Source: Octopus sinensis (taxonomy: Eukaryota). From it: DNA of 64,000 bases. Positions 1-14,519 of the stretch are shown piece by piece. The notes beneath the pieces are model-generated. The model had not been told where the DNA came from, did no database searches, and saw only the letters and a program-made list of their open reading frames with translations. The stretch covers positions 1,902-65,901 of the forward strand of contig NW_021824833.1 in assembly GCF_006345805.1 (NCBI RefSeq), written 5' to 3'. The position numbers were made by a program, and so were the translations under genes. The stretch's first letter is position 1, and each line of letters starts with the position of its first letter.

Positions 1-317
1 AGGCCAGCCCTGACTGAAAGAGCCTATGATCTAGCAACATGTCCCCCAAAAATGTCCACTTTAAAACGGTGGTTGTTCAAATTCAAGGAACATTTAACTG
101 CTATTTCTAGCCGATAGCGTACTGACGCGAAAGTTGCCTCATTGACTCACGTGATGTTACTTGAAAAGAAATGACAAACTAAAACTAGCCCGGAAGTGGT
201 TGCAAAATGCTCGAACATTCTAATCGGAATATTGAGTTTCGAAATTTACCCGCGTATTAAAGCAATGTCATTGTTCACATCGGGCAAAATGAAATACTAA
301 CATATTTAAGACATCAG

Positions 318-440
318 GAAGAAGAAGAAGAAGAAGAAGAAGAAGAAGAAGAAGAAGAAGAAGAAGAAGAATAAGAAAAAGAAGAAGAAGAAGAAGAAGA
401 AGAAGAACAACAACAACAACAACAACAAGAAAGAGAAGAA
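318..440 (+). repeat. (GAA)n/(CAA)n microsatellite
   Basis: Direct tandem trinucleotide run. Confidence 0.95.
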
Positions 441-764
441 GAAAAGAAGTAGATGGTTATTTAATTTTAAACTGTAAGGAAGAAAACACATTTCGACGTT
501 TTCGACAATTGTCATTCGTCAAAACATAGAAGATAAAGAAACTCCGTGAAAGCAATGTTACATACAACTGTATGTATAAGGGGGGGTTTAAGTATATAGG
601 CGGCTCCGTATGCATATGTGTGTGTGTGTGTGTGTGTGTGGTTGTTCTTGAGAATTGCACATAATGACAATACAGTTAAAACTACATAGGAAACAAGCTC
701 TTGCTTGGGATGCATGTAACGGACTTGATAAGATCTGACACTCAAACCTTCCACCTACGCTAAA

Positions 765-1155
765 AGTTTAAAATATTTAGAATATTGATTGATAGAACAC
801 AGATTGAGCCGCTCCCTCTCTATGGATCAACCTGCTCAGAAAGGTACAGAACATCAGTTGAAGATCACACCCGACACTTGGTAACATCTACGGAAATCTA
901 CTACCAATATCCCTCAAGTTAAAGCAGAAACGGCTACAATTTGCTGGCCACTGTCATCAAGCAGAGAAAGAGGTTATCTCATCCCTGTTCCAGTGGAATC
1001 CCTCTGGAAGTGTTTTCTCCAGGAAACTGACATTTCCAGGACTGAGGGCTGAATAATGGATGTCTGAACACAGCAATGCAGGACAGCAATAGTGTGGGAA
1101 GAGATTGTCAATGGAGTTCCGACTAACCATAGGTTGATCTAGGGATGAGGATGAA
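765..1155 (+). mobile_element. Degraded 3' end of an RTE/RTEX-type LINE ORF2
   Basis: Manual translation gives NIYGNLLPISLKLKQKRLQFAGHCHQAEKEVISSLFQWNPSGSVFSRKLTFP, matching the RRLxFAGHC...LxW...RxxTF C-terminal pattern of RTE-like ORF2. Stops are present. Confidence 0.6.
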
Positions 1156-1324
1156 AACCACATGCGCCAACACGTACACATGCATCGTGTGTCCATACAT
1201 GGTGCCTCAAACACATGTACGATTCATTTATCCCGACAATGTCTAAGACATCAACCTTATACACCAATTCATTTTCGAGGAGGTTGCTTGACTCTGTGTG
1301 TATGTGTGCGTGAGTGTGTGTATG

Positions 1325-2095
1325 TGGGTGGGTGTTTATGGTAAGAAGCTTGCTTCCCGACAACATGGTTCCAGGTTCAGTCCCACTGCGTGACACCTTG
1401 GGCGGGTTTCTTCCACTACAGCCTCGGGCTAACAAATGCCTTGTGAGACGGAAACTGAAAGAAGCCTATCGTATGTGTTCGCACGTGTGTGTGTGTGTGT
1501 GTATGTATGAATGTGTGTGCGTGTGTGTGTATGTGTGTGTGTTTGCGTCTGTCTGTGTCTGTGTTTGTGGGCGTCTGCATGTGTATGTGCATGCGTGTGT
1601 ATATGTGCGTGTGCATGTGTGTGCGTATGTGTGTGTGCGTGTGTGTCTTTGTGTGTGTGTTTGTGTGCGTGTGTATGTGATTGTATGTGTGTGTGTGTAT
1701 GTGTATGTGTGTATGTGTGTATGTGTGTGTATGGTTGTATGTGTTTGTATGTGTGTGTGTGCATGTGTACGTGTGTGTATGTGCGTATGTGTGTGTATGT
1801 GTGGGTGCATGTGTACGTGTGTGTATGTGCGTATGGTGTGTATGTGTGTGTATGTGTGTGCGTGTTAGTCCCACCACCACCACCACCACCACCACTGCCT
1901 GACAGCCCGTAGCGGTTTGCTTACGTCACCGCAAAATTATCGGCAAAAGACAATGTTAGACTAAACACCAGTCTTTCAAAAAAAATAAAAGCTAAATCCC
2001 CGGATCGGTTCCTTTGCCAAATAGCCTTCAAGAGGATGCCCCAGCATGGCCGCATCCTAATGACCGAAACCAGTAAACGATAAAAGATAAAAGGA
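1325..2095 (+). mobile_element. SINE family 1 (tRNA-like head, CORE-like CCTTGGGC box, internal microsatellite, 3' tail ending CAGCATGGCCGCA...GACTGAAAC)
   Basis: Same head and tail as copies at 28139, 33214, 53478 and 54485. The internal (GT)n tract is expanded to ~390 bp here. Confidence 0.75.
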
Positions 2096-2379
2096 ACATA
2101 TGCGCATGCGCACAGCTGCCTCTATCTGTTTCTTTGTTTCTCATGCTTGCAGCTCCGCGTCTACATTGGACGCGTACAAATGGACAAATATATCATTCTT
2201 TGAACAGGTCAAGCTTATGAAATTAATTTCATAAATTAATAATCTTTGACTGTTGTTGATATCGTTCGTGTCAATGTGGCCGTTGCTGCTGTTGCTGTGG
2301 TTGTCGTTGTTATTTCTATTGTTAATGTTGTTCGGCTGCCCCGGGTTACATGTGCAAGTACAAACCTATGGTATATTGG

Positions 2380-2387
2380 TAACTGAT

Positions 2388-2420
<33 letters not shown>

Positions 2421-2431
2421 GCAAATATATA

Positions 2432-2477
<46 letters not shown>

Positions 2478-2664
2478 TATAGATATATATGCATATATAT
2501 ATACATATGCATATATATATATATATGTATATATATGTATACACATATATATTTATACATATATAGATATATCTATATAAATTTATAGATATATAAATAT
2601 ATAGATATAGAAATACATATATTTATAAATGCATATAGAGAAAGTATATATATATATATATGTG

Positions 2665-2707
<43 letters not shown>

Positions 2708-3114
2708 CACACAAACACATTTACATATATATACATGAATGTGTGTACCAGACGATCAATGGAAGGTTGCAGAGGAGTAAAACATGACATCGAAGAGGTG
2801 CATTGTGGGTAGGGGACGGATGATAACAATGGTGGTGGCGGTGGCGGTGGCGACGACGACGAAGTCGACGATGATGATGATGATAATGATGATGATGCCG
2901 ATGATGATGATGATGATGATAACGACGATGACGATGACGATGATGATGATCCTGGTTTGTTATTCTCCACAGACCAATGATAGACGAATATCGATCAGTC
3001 CTTCCAATATGATCAGAGCTATAAATTACCGCCGCAGCGTTTGCCATCTTCGATCACATTCAAGGTTCAGTAATCACTGGCACATGGCTTTCACACACGG
3101 TAATACTCTGCGTG

Positions 3115-3153
<39 letters not shown>

Positions 3154-3691
3154 GTGTGTTGTGTGTGTGTGTGTGTGTGTTGTGCGTGTGTGGGGTGTGT
3201 GGTGTGTGTGTGTGTGTGCGTGTGTGTGTACGTATGCAAGATGCAAGGATGTTTGTGTGTAACTGCTTGTGTATGCATACGTGGGTGTTTTATCATGGGT
3301 ATACATACACACATACACACACACACATATATATATATGTTATATATATATAATATATATATGTTATATATATATATGTGTGTGTATATATATATAATAT
3401 ATATATCTATATATATATAGTAAAGGGAAAGCAAGAGGAATATAAACATACGCATACACACACACTATATATATACACAAATGTATACACATCTATGTAT
3501 GGCTGTGTGTATGTATAGATACACATTCTCTATTAGATGCACATCTATACATATGTGTGTATACATATATGTGCATACCAGATATATGTACGTGTATGCA
3601 TATATATATGTGTATGTGTGCGCGCCTGAGAGTGTGTGTGTATCTGTGTCTCTGTGTTGTATATGTATATATATAGATATATTTATATATG

Positions 3692-3741
<50 letters not shown>

Positions 3742-3785
3742 TGTATAAACGTACGTATATATACGTATACATGCATATTTATTAT

Positions 3786-3838
<53 letters not shown>

Positions 3839-3900
3839 TACATATATATATATATATATACTTACATATACATATATACATACATCAGCATACAGTATAT
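2380..3900. repeat. Cluster of (TA)n, (CA)n, (GT)n and (GAT)n simple repeats
   Basis: Direct; this explains the low-complexity YI/VC/TH ORFs in the track. Confidence 0.9.
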
Positions 3901-4315
3901 AACGCGAGTTAAAAAGAGTGAGTCTGGGTGGGTTTAGGGGAGAGGCGGAAGAAGGAGATATAAGGAAGAAATGGTTGAAATACAGAGGGGAAAGAAACAG
4001 CAAATAGATAATGGCGGAAAAAATTGCGTAGTAGGGTGGGAGTAAGAGTTAAAGACAGAAAAGGAGTAGGAGAGAGAGTGATAGTAAGAGGAGAGTTGAT
4101 GTTTAGATATGATGGGGGTAGGAGGGTCTGTGAGGAAAATAGAGGTAGAGAGGGGAGAAGGGAAAGGAGGAGAAGTAAGAGTGATAAGTTTGGCTGAACG
4201 TCACACGACCCTTACATAAATATTCGATAGGGGGGAACAACAGGTCACAGCTCTGTCGGGATATATTTAGTGCATTGTGGGTAATGATTCATCACTGACA
4301 GAGATAGATATACTT

Positions 4316-4346
<31 letters not shown>

Positions 4347-4414
4347 CATTTGTATGTAAGATATGTATGTATATATATTTGTATATATATATATATATAC
4401 ATCCACACACACAC

Positions 4415-4445
<31 letters not shown>

Positions 4446-4481
4446 CATACATATATATATATATACATACATATGTATGTG

Positions 4482-4520
<39 letters not shown>

Positions 4521-4551
4521 GTATATATACACACACAGATATATATGTATG

Positions 4552-4584
<33 letters not shown>

Positions 4585-5764
4585 ATATAATGACAAGTTA
4601 TGTATTAACGCTGGAGATTTTAAGTATAGATTAGGTAAGATGCAAAGACGTAGTAGATAGTTAACCACTAGCAAAGATCCTGTCATTTTCTCCTGTCAAA
4701 TTAAGGTTATATAAATGTTATTATAGGTATACACTAACAGCAGTACCTCCCCACATATCACATGAAGTTCGTAGATAATTTCGTAGCCACTTAACCACCA
4801 TCAGATAAGCTATTCCACTCCTTTCTTACACAGCCAAGTATTACACACTCCAGTAGAAGGGTCGTTTCATTTTGCTTCAGTTTGATTAATGCAAGTAAAT
4901 TATACGGAATTTTTACTTGTTAATCTGTAACTTGTTATCATCTTTTATTTCTGTGTTTAATTATCGTCATAAATATCGAATATAATGTAATTCCTGACAG
5001 TGTTAGACAGTGGTAGACATGATCAGAAGGCAAACTCGATTGGGACAAGGTAAACATTTGCCCTTGTCACATGTGAAGACAGTATTACGTATGATTTGTT
5101 TTGGGTTTTTTTTTTCTTGCTTTCATGTATCAGCATTGTTTTATTGTATATGTGTGTGTATGCATCTGTCAGTGTGTGGACATTCGTGTGTGTACCTATG
5201 TATGTATGTATGTGATTAAAACACACTGTTTTTCGCACGTGCGTATTAAATTGGATTTACTCCTCAGTGTAAATTCGATTTACTCCACAGTGTTCTAATC
5301 ACCGGCGGTGTAAGTGAAGAGGGTAACTCTAACTAAGGTTGAAAAGGGAGCTAACTCATACCAGTTTTATTAGACTAGGTAGAGTGGTCTCAAATTGTGC
5401 TGAGTCAAACTCGGAACCCCACAACAAAATAATGTTCACCCCGCTCTAATTGCCCAACGAAACTAACCAACTTACTACAATGAAACCTCTCCCCAGCAAA
5501 ATTACCAACTCAAGAACAAAATTTAATATAAAACTTACTAACTTTGCCTCGATTGCCATCACATATGTATGAACTATTTTCGTATCCTAACCGATGTATC
5601 AATCCTTTTTCGCATTCTGAAGAGATTTGCTAAAACTAGTAAATCGAAACGATCGTAAATGCTACCTTTATCATTGCTTCCTTCTTCTTTGTTATCTAAT
5701 CAAATTAATGGCATACCAGCGAAAACGACGAGTCTCCCCTTGTTATTACATCCATTTTCTTCTC

Positions 5765-5815
<51 letters not shown>

Positions 5816-6103
5816 AATATACATATATATATATATACATACATAAACATATATATATATATGTATGTATGCATACATGCAGGCATGTATGTATGTGTGT
5901 AAGTATGTATGCATGTATGTATGAATGTATGTATATATGTATGTATGCATGGATGCAGGCATGCATGTATGCATGTATGTATGAATGCATGTAAGTATGT
6001 ATATATGTATGAATGTATGTGTGTATACATGCAGGCATGTATGTATGGATGTATGTATGTATGAATGTATGTATATAAGTATGTATGAATGTATGCTTAT
6101 TTG

Positions 6104-6137
<34 letters not shown>

Positions 6138-6453
6138 TGTATATATGTATGTTATTTTGTTTTTATTTTTTTAGTTTCAGCTCAGAGCTGCGGCCATGCT
6201 GATGCACCGCGTATGTATATAAATGTATATTTACATTTAGAAAGACCTACAGAATATTTTACAGATGGTGGGGAGTCAATACTGAGACTAGAATCAAACT
6301 TATAACACTTGCTTGTGACTCAAATGTGGCCTGTCAGCTTATTTACTTAGTGGTCATATAAGCCGTCAGGCGAAACTTCAAGCGTGAATCAATATTAATT
6401 TTATTGTATATTGACTCACACACACCCATACACACCCCCACCCCCCACACACA

Positions 6454-6501
<48 letters not shown>

Positions 6502-7254
6502 CATAAACACACACACACGCCACACACACACACACACACACATACACACACACACACATACACACACACATTATAAACATTGACTGAAGCTGCAAGTTTG
6601 ATAGACGTTTATTATATCCATACAAAGAAAAGTTTGTCAGTTACTTCGGAATTACTGCTTTGGAGCCGTCATCATAATTACACACACATCTCAAACCATA
6701 TACATACATATATATATATAAGGGTCTCAGGGAATAAAGACCAATACCTAGAACGCATTTTGGTGCTGTAGACAACGGCGTTGTCAATGCTGTCATCTCT
6801 ACTTTGACAGAGAGATAATAGATATTTCGCAGATGTTATTCGTTCAACTGTTGGGTTGCTTCATAAAAATAGATCAAAAGAAATATAAAATGCCAATTAG
6901 TCGGAACAGCAGCGAAGTATTTGTTGTTTAGGGTTATATATAAAGGGGTGGGTTGGTGTATATTGTTGTGTATTTCGGGGTATGATTATTTCCATCGTTT
7001 ATTTGTTTAGTTATTAGTGTGAAGGTGTCTGTATGAGCGTATACTTCGTGTGTATTCATAAATATATATATATATATATATATATATCTGTGTTTATGTT
7101 CCACTTTGCTCCAAACGCAAACAAGCATATATACACACGTGTACACACACACACGGTAATTTGAATACATATGCTTAAATTTCTCAATATATGTATGTGT
7201 ATATGTGTGCATGCATGTATGGACAACCAGCCAGACAAACTGACAGACCGACCG

Positions 7255-7257
7255 ACT

Positions 7258-7355
<98 letters not shown>
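7255..7355 (+). repeat. (GATA)n microsatellite
   Basis: Direct tandem run. Confidence 0.95.
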
Positions 7356-7356
<1 letters not shown>

Positions 7357-7481
7357 CTTTACGCCGGCAAAGTATATATAAATATATGTGTTTAAATATG
7401 TAAATGTGTGCATATATATAAATGGTTAATTTAATTTTTCATTATTGAATTGATAAAATGTGTTTTTTTCTAATTCATATA

Positions 7482-7544
<63 letters not shown>

Positions 7545-8023
7545 TTTCAAAAAACACCTTTTAACAATTCAATAATGAAAAATTAAATATACCATTTAGA
7601 AAAATTACCAATTGATAAAAGGTATTTTATTTTCTAATTTATATATATATATTATATTTTGTGAAATTTGATTTAGTATTTCTTAATTGAATTTTTCCCT
7701 TTAAGTTCGGAATAATATTCCCTCATATTATTATTATATTATATACATGCATATATATATATATACACAAACATACTTATACATATGAACAGTATATACG
7801 ATCACATAAACATGAAATATATATATATATGAATGTACATATATATATAGATATATATAATATAGGGTATATGTATATATGTGATATATATATATATTAT
7901 ATGTTATATTATACATATATACAAATATGTATATATATATGTATATTATGTATATATGTATATATATATATGTATATATATCTATATGTATTATATATAT
8001 ATATCTATATATAATGTATATAT

Positions 8024-8063
<40 letters not shown>

Positions 8064-8085
8064 CTATATGTATATTATATATATC

Positions 8086-8130
<45 letters not shown>

Positions 8131-8384
8131 ATATATATATATATATAATGCATGAATGATATATTACTTATCTGTGGGCTTTTGTGTCAAATTGTAATGA
8201 AAACAATTTAACATTCCTCTGAAGAATTATTCCATATTTTTTGTAGAGTATTTATAATACCTTTACACTAGTAGTGATGACAGTGACTTCAGAGTTTCGA
8301 TCTGAAAGCCTTCACTCGACTGCCTATATATGTGTATATATATACAATAAAATATTTGATTATTACTAATCTTATTATTATTTT

Positions 8385-8853
8385 TTTTTCTTTCGAATTT
8401 GCTTCCATTTCTTGCCGGGTGTCTTCCCGACTCCTAGGGCAAAGAAACTCATAGTATACATTGGTAGGCCATTAAACCATACTCAATAGTTCGTTCATTT
8501 TTTTTTTTCAAGTTAAATTAAAATACATGAGCAGCAACAGTTCTCACATCGACAATGCTCTTCTCAATACGTGTGATGTATCAGTTTAGACAATCTTTTG
8601 CACTTCTTGCAGGGATGGTAAGCCAGGGATCATTCTCATATAATTTTCGGTTCCCTTCTTGATCATTCCTAGTGCTCCTACGATCACTGGTATTGTAACC
8701 GCCTTGAGATGCCACATTTTCTCAATTTCAATGAGTAGGTCTTTATATTTTCTGAGCTTGTCAAACTCTTTCGCTGAGATATTATGATCACAGGGGATGC
8801 TCATGTCGATCAATAAGCAAACTTTATTGTTTTGGTCTTTCACAACAATATCT
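8385..8853 (-). mobile_element. 5'-truncated R4/Dong-like non-LTR retrotransposon: restriction-like endonuclease (RLE) C-terminus plus 3' UTR
   Basis: ORF 8586-8843 (DIVV)KDQNNKVCLLIDMSIPCDHNISAKEFDKLRKYKDL...IPVIVGALG is a PD-(D/E)xK RLE tail. The 3' UTR recurs at 48455-48632. Confidence 0.8.
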
Positions 8854-9042
8854 GTTTTTTTTGAAAATTTTCACCAAAAACGTTCTTCGGTGCCTTCCAG
8901 ATTTCTTCTTTCCTGAAGTGTACTGGGTGGCATTGGATCCTCCATGGGGTTCACTGCTGTTTGTGTGGTGGATTGGGGTTTCAGCTTTGACTGTTTTGCC
9001 TTTTCCTCCCTTTCCCTCCTTATTTTTGTTTTCGGTCCTTGA

Positions 9043-9480
9043 GGAAATTTTTGAGTAAAATTTTCGTTGAAAATTTTCGAAAAATTTTCTGGGTGAAATT
9101 TTCGGTGAAAATTTTTGGGGAAAATTTTCGAAAAATTTTGCGAAAAAATTTTGGGGTAAAATTTTCGGTGAAAATTTTGGAAAAATTTTTGGTGAAAATT
9201 TTCGAAAAATTTTTGGGAAAATTTTCGAAAAATTTTTGGGTAAAATTTTCGGTGAAAATTTTAGAAAAATTTGAGTAAAATTTTCGAAAAATTTTTGGGT
9301 AAAATTTTCGGTGAAAATTTTCGAAGTATTTTTGGGGGAAATTTTCGAAAAGCCTTTGGGGAAAATTTTCGGTGAAAATTTTCGTAAAATTTTGGGGAAA
9401 ATTTTCGGTGAAAATTTTCGAAAAATTTTTCGAGAAAATTTTCGGTATAAATTTTAGAAAAGTTTTCGGTGAAAATTTCG
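9043..9480. repeat. Minisatellite of GAAAATTTTC(GGT)/GAAAAATTTTTGGG units
   Basis: Dozens of palindromic A4T4 units spaced roughly 10-14 bp apart. Confidence 0.9.
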
Positions 9481-9848
9481 GTGTATTATTATATTATTAT
9501 TATTATTATTATTATTATGTTTATTGATATTAGATTTAGTGTTATCTTCACGTCACAATACATATTATAGTAGATTCCAATATACCGTATACTAATTGAC
9601 ATGTATAGGCACAGAAAATTACTCTTTTCCAAAGGGTGAAACGGCTGTAAGTGATTTTAATGATTCTAACAATTTATATTAATGTATTTTTTTAATAACT
9701 ATTTGTTTTCTTATCCGAAATATGTTGAATTTTATACTGTATATATGTATGTTATTATGGTTGTAGTTTTCATAAATAAATAAGGCAACATTCTAATATC
9801 CTAAAGCTGATAAACCAACTAATGTGTTTCTCCATTTTCTTTTTTGTA

Positions 9849-9909
<61 letters not shown>

Positions 9910-9976
9910 CATATATATATACATATATAATACATATATACATATATATATACATATATACATATAATATATAATC

Positions 9977-10021
<45 letters not shown>

Positions 10022-10304
10022 TATATATATGTTGGTATCTACGAATAGTAGTACCCTCAATATAATAATATATATATATATATATATAAACACACTCACA
10101 CATACACAAACACACACACACACACACATATATATATATCAGTCGTTCGTTTCAATCTCACCTGTTTCCTATTGAAGCACATGTGCTTATTCCATTGTTA
10201 CAACCCAATATGTAGTCTCAGTTGCTGCTCTATGTTAATCAAAATATTATTATATAATGGTGAACAAATGATACCAAAAATTTCCAAATTCTAGTTTTGT
10301 TTTA

Positions 10305-10455
10305 AACGACAGCCTTCTTTCAGTTTCCGGCAACCAAATCTATTTACAATGCTTTGGTCGGCCCGAGACTGTAAGTAGAAGACATTTGCTCAAGATGCCA
10401 CGCAGTGAGATTGAATCTGGAACCATATTATTTGAAAGCAAACTTCTTACCACAT
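10305..10455 (-). mobile_element. SINE family 1, 5' half
   Basis: Reverse complement of the family 1 head (gtggtaagaagtttgct...ggttccagattcaatctcactgcgtggcatcttgagcaa). Confidence 0.7.
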
Positions 10456-10999
10456 AGCCACGCTTATGCTTTCTATGCCTTCAAGATGCTGGAAATAGCA
10501 GTGAGATCTCCCTAGATTCACCACATACCATCTTATAAAAGAAGTCACATTAGATATTTTCATCCTAAATATACCGTGCTTGAAAGCAACGACGAATTGG
10601 TCACGGCTGGAACGTCTTTGAAGATGGGTTTGTTGACTAAGACTAGTATAAAGCTAAAGTCGTCGGGTTATGTAGTGTTTCACGGCGGGGTCATGACTGG
10701 AACGCTCTCCTGATAAAACAGCAACATATTCGAGCAACAGCAACGACAACCAGCTAACGAGGAAGCCATCTATGTGGTCGCTAAATTTGCAAGAAACAGC
10801 AGCCAGATTTCCCTCAAACCACACCCAAAAGCTTAAAGGAGAAGGAAGAAAACGTGATAAAAGTAGTCCTAGATGTATAGTTTGTATGAGAAGTTTGAGG
10901 AGATGGTCATATTTGGAACGATTACGATCGTGGGTTTATTCGATTTGAGTTGTTCTAGGTTAACAAAAGAAAAACAAAGAAATAACGGGGAGGGAAAAT

Positions 11000-11400
11000 A
11001 AAATCGATTTATCGGAATGATAACGGATTGATTTGTGAAAAATCGATAATTGATCGTAGAAAATTGATTCGTCGGTCAGAGAAAAGTTATTTTGGATCTG
11101 TCGAAAATCCATGATTGAGTGTTAAAAAAAATAGATGATCGATCGTGGAAAATTGATAATCGATACTTGGAAAATTGATAACCAATAAGTCGAAAATAGA
11201 TGATTGATCTGTATCAAATCGATTATTGAACTGCCGAAAATTGATTATTCGCCGCAGAATATTCATGATCGATCTCTTGGAAATCGATATTCGGGCGTAG
11301 ACTATGATTATCGATCGGAGAAAATCGATATTCAATATACAAAGATCAATGACTGATCGATAGAAAATGATTGATCTTAGAAAAGTAAAAATAGACATCT
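11000..11400. repeat. Degenerate ATCGAT/GATCGAT-rich low-complexity tract
   Basis: Recurrent aaatcgata/ttgatcgat words in otherwise CpG-poor DNA. Confidence 0.7.
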
Positions 11401-11624
11401 TTGGATAAACGTATCTTTATTAAACAGAAGCGCAGGAAAATTCTTCAATTTTATCTGAAGAAGTTGTGGAATGTTCTCTGAGAGAATTACAGCAGAGTAA
11501 GAACTTTGGTAGGAGACTGTGGAACGAGACAAATCGATATCATATGTGAAACATCAGATGCTAGGTTCGATCCTTCGTTAGTCTGTAATTTGATGTGTAA
11601 ATGTCTCGTGTTATTGCTGCTGCT

Positions 11625-11960
11625 GCTGTTATTGTTGTTGTTGTTGTTGTGGTGGTGGTGGTGGTGGTAGTAATGGTGGTGGTGGTGGTGATGGTGGTGG
11701 TGGTGGTGATGGTGGTGGTGATGGTGGTGGTGGTGGTGGTGGTGGTGGTGGTGGTGGTGGTGGCGGTGGTGGTGGTGGTGATGGTGGTGATGGTGGTGGT
11801 GGTGGTGGTGGCGGTGGTGGAGGTGATGGTGGTAGTGGTGATGGTGGTGGTGGTGGTGGTGGTGGTGGTGGTGGTGGTGGTGGTGGTAGTGATGGTGGTG
11901 GTGGTAGTGGTAGTGGTAGTGGTGGTGTTGCTGCTGATGCTTCTGCTGCTGCTGCTCTTG
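11625..11960 (+). repeat. (GGT)n trinucleotide array
   Basis: Direct; it produces the poly-His/Thr/Val ORF artefacts. Confidence 0.95.
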
Positions 11961-12159
11961 CTGTGTCTCATCGTCATCGTAGCTCTTATGCTTGTGACAG
12001 CAGCTGTAATCCGGTAAATGCAGTCGAGGCAAAATTTAATTAGATTAGCCATCTGCGTATCATATTCAATGTACATAGACTGTTGATAAACCAATTACCA
12101 CAGAATTTGTCCTGAGATAATATCTATTACGGACGTGTACCGTATTGAAAACATAATAA

Positions 12160-12305
12160 TCTTTCGGTTTCCGTCTACCAAATCCACTCACAAGGCTTTG
12201 GTTGGATCGAGGCTTTACTAGACGACACAAGCCGGAGGTGTTATGCAATGAGACTGAACCCAGAACCATGTGGTTGGGAGACAAACCTTTTACCATATAA
12301 CCACG
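12160..12305 (-). mobile_element. SINE family 1, 5' half
   Basis: Reverse complement of the family 1 head and CORE-like segment. Confidence 0.7.
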
Positions 12306-12834
12306 AAATAACAAAAAACAAACCTTTATCCTTACACACAAAAAAACAGGTAGAAATTGTGCAAACCAGGACAAGATATAGAACTCACGACCTTCAGCTC
12401 ATCAGCCGTATACCGTAACCATTCAGCCACGCTCTTTCTCAATAAAAATAGGAGTGACAGAGCTGCTGTCACATCCATTGTGCTAATGGTGAGGTTTTGC
12501 CATTATTGGTGTTTCTTTGGTTACAGTATAGGCTGTAGTGGAAGTAGTGGTGATAGCTATGGTAACAGTGTTGTTATCATTGTTATTGATTTCGCAGTAA
12601 CATTCCACAAAATTCGATCAGCGCGTATCGATAAGTTTTTACATCATTGTCTTTTGCAATTCATGATTTTTGTTAGATTTCATGGTTTGGTTTTGTCGCA
12701 GTTCTTTGTGTATCAATGCAATCGATCGATTGTTATACACGCAGATGTGTATATAAATACATATATATATATAGTTGCGTGTATGTGTTGTGTGTATGTG
12801 TGTGTGTGTTATATAATATATATGTGTATATAAT

Positions 12835-12879
<45 letters not shown>

Positions 12880-13038
12880 CATATATATATACATATATAT
12901 ATATATATACATATATATATACATATATATATTACATATATATATATACATATATATATATACATATTATAATATATATATTATACTTAATATAGATACA
13001 TATATATATATATATATATCTATACTATATATATATAG

Positions 13039-13070
<32 letters not shown>

Positions 13071-13101
13071 CAAATATATATCGAGAGGGAGAGAGAGAAA
13101 C

Positions 13102-13133
<32 letters not shown>

Positions 13134-13206
13134 CCATAGATAGACAGACAGACCGGCAGGCAGATTGATCGATAGATGGATAGATAGATAAATAGACAGA
13201 CAAACT

Positions 13207-13253
<47 letters not shown>

Positions 13254-13586
13254 GTATATGTGTGTGTGTAGAGAGAGAGAGCGAGAGACTGTGTGGGTAT
13301 GTGTTTAAGAGAATGGAGAGGAGGGAGGTGGAGAGGGAGGAGTCGGTAGAAACACCATTTTTACAAATATGTCAGCTCAATTGGAAAACTTCATCAAGAT
13401 GGCTTTTTGTGGGGTTTTGTTTTATCTTATTTCATTTGTTTTTGCATATTTTTTTCTAAGGACATAAAAAATAATATTGTTTTCCGCCATTTTAGTTCAA
13501 TGTGGAAATAATCTTTCTCTTCCGCTATATTTCTATTTCTCTATCTCTATCTAATTATACATCTCCCCCCCTCTCTCTCTCTCCAT

Positions 13587-13636
<50 letters not shown>

Positions 13637-13780
13637 ATAATATATATATATATATATATATATATAATACATACTACATATATACATGTATATATATATA
13701 TTATACATACGAGTGTATGTGTGCTGTATGTGTGTGCATATATATATATATATACATCTATATACGTATGTGTGTACATG

Positions 13781-13811
<31 letters not shown>

Positions 13812-13939
13812 ACGTATATATATATATATAATGAATGTATACCTATGTATATACACACGTATATCTGTGTGTATGTATGTACGTGTATGTATATACATAC
13901 ATACATATATATAGATACATATATATGTATATATATCTA

Positions 13940-14011
<72 letters not shown>

Positions 14012-14519
14012 CAGCGAGACAGAGGCAATGTATATCACTGTTGTAGCAACAAAACATCAGATTTAATCTGTTTATGTTATTATTTAAATCAATTTATTTT
14101 ATTTATTTCACTCCGACTCCATGATTTTGTTTTTTCTTTTTTTTTCTTTCTGTTTTTATTTAAATATTTTTAAAAACTTTCTTCGCCAAAATTCTTTTGC
14201 TTCTTTTTGACATTCAGATTCCAAGTCCCATTGAGGTGGACTTAGTCATTTAATATTCCTAGGTTGATATAATAAAGTACTGGCGTAAAGTACCAAAATT
14301 TCAGACCTTGTACCTGAAGCGCAGAAACGTTGGTGCGTCGGACAAACTGCATTGTGGTATTTTTTCCAGCTCTTTGTTTCCTGTGTTCAAATCCAGCCGA
14401 GATCAACTTCGTCTTTCATCGTTTCGGGATGCGTGAAATAACAGAAGCAGTCAAGCACTGGTTTTGATGTACTCGACTAACCTCCACTTCTAAATTGCGA
14501 ACACACATTTTTATTATTT

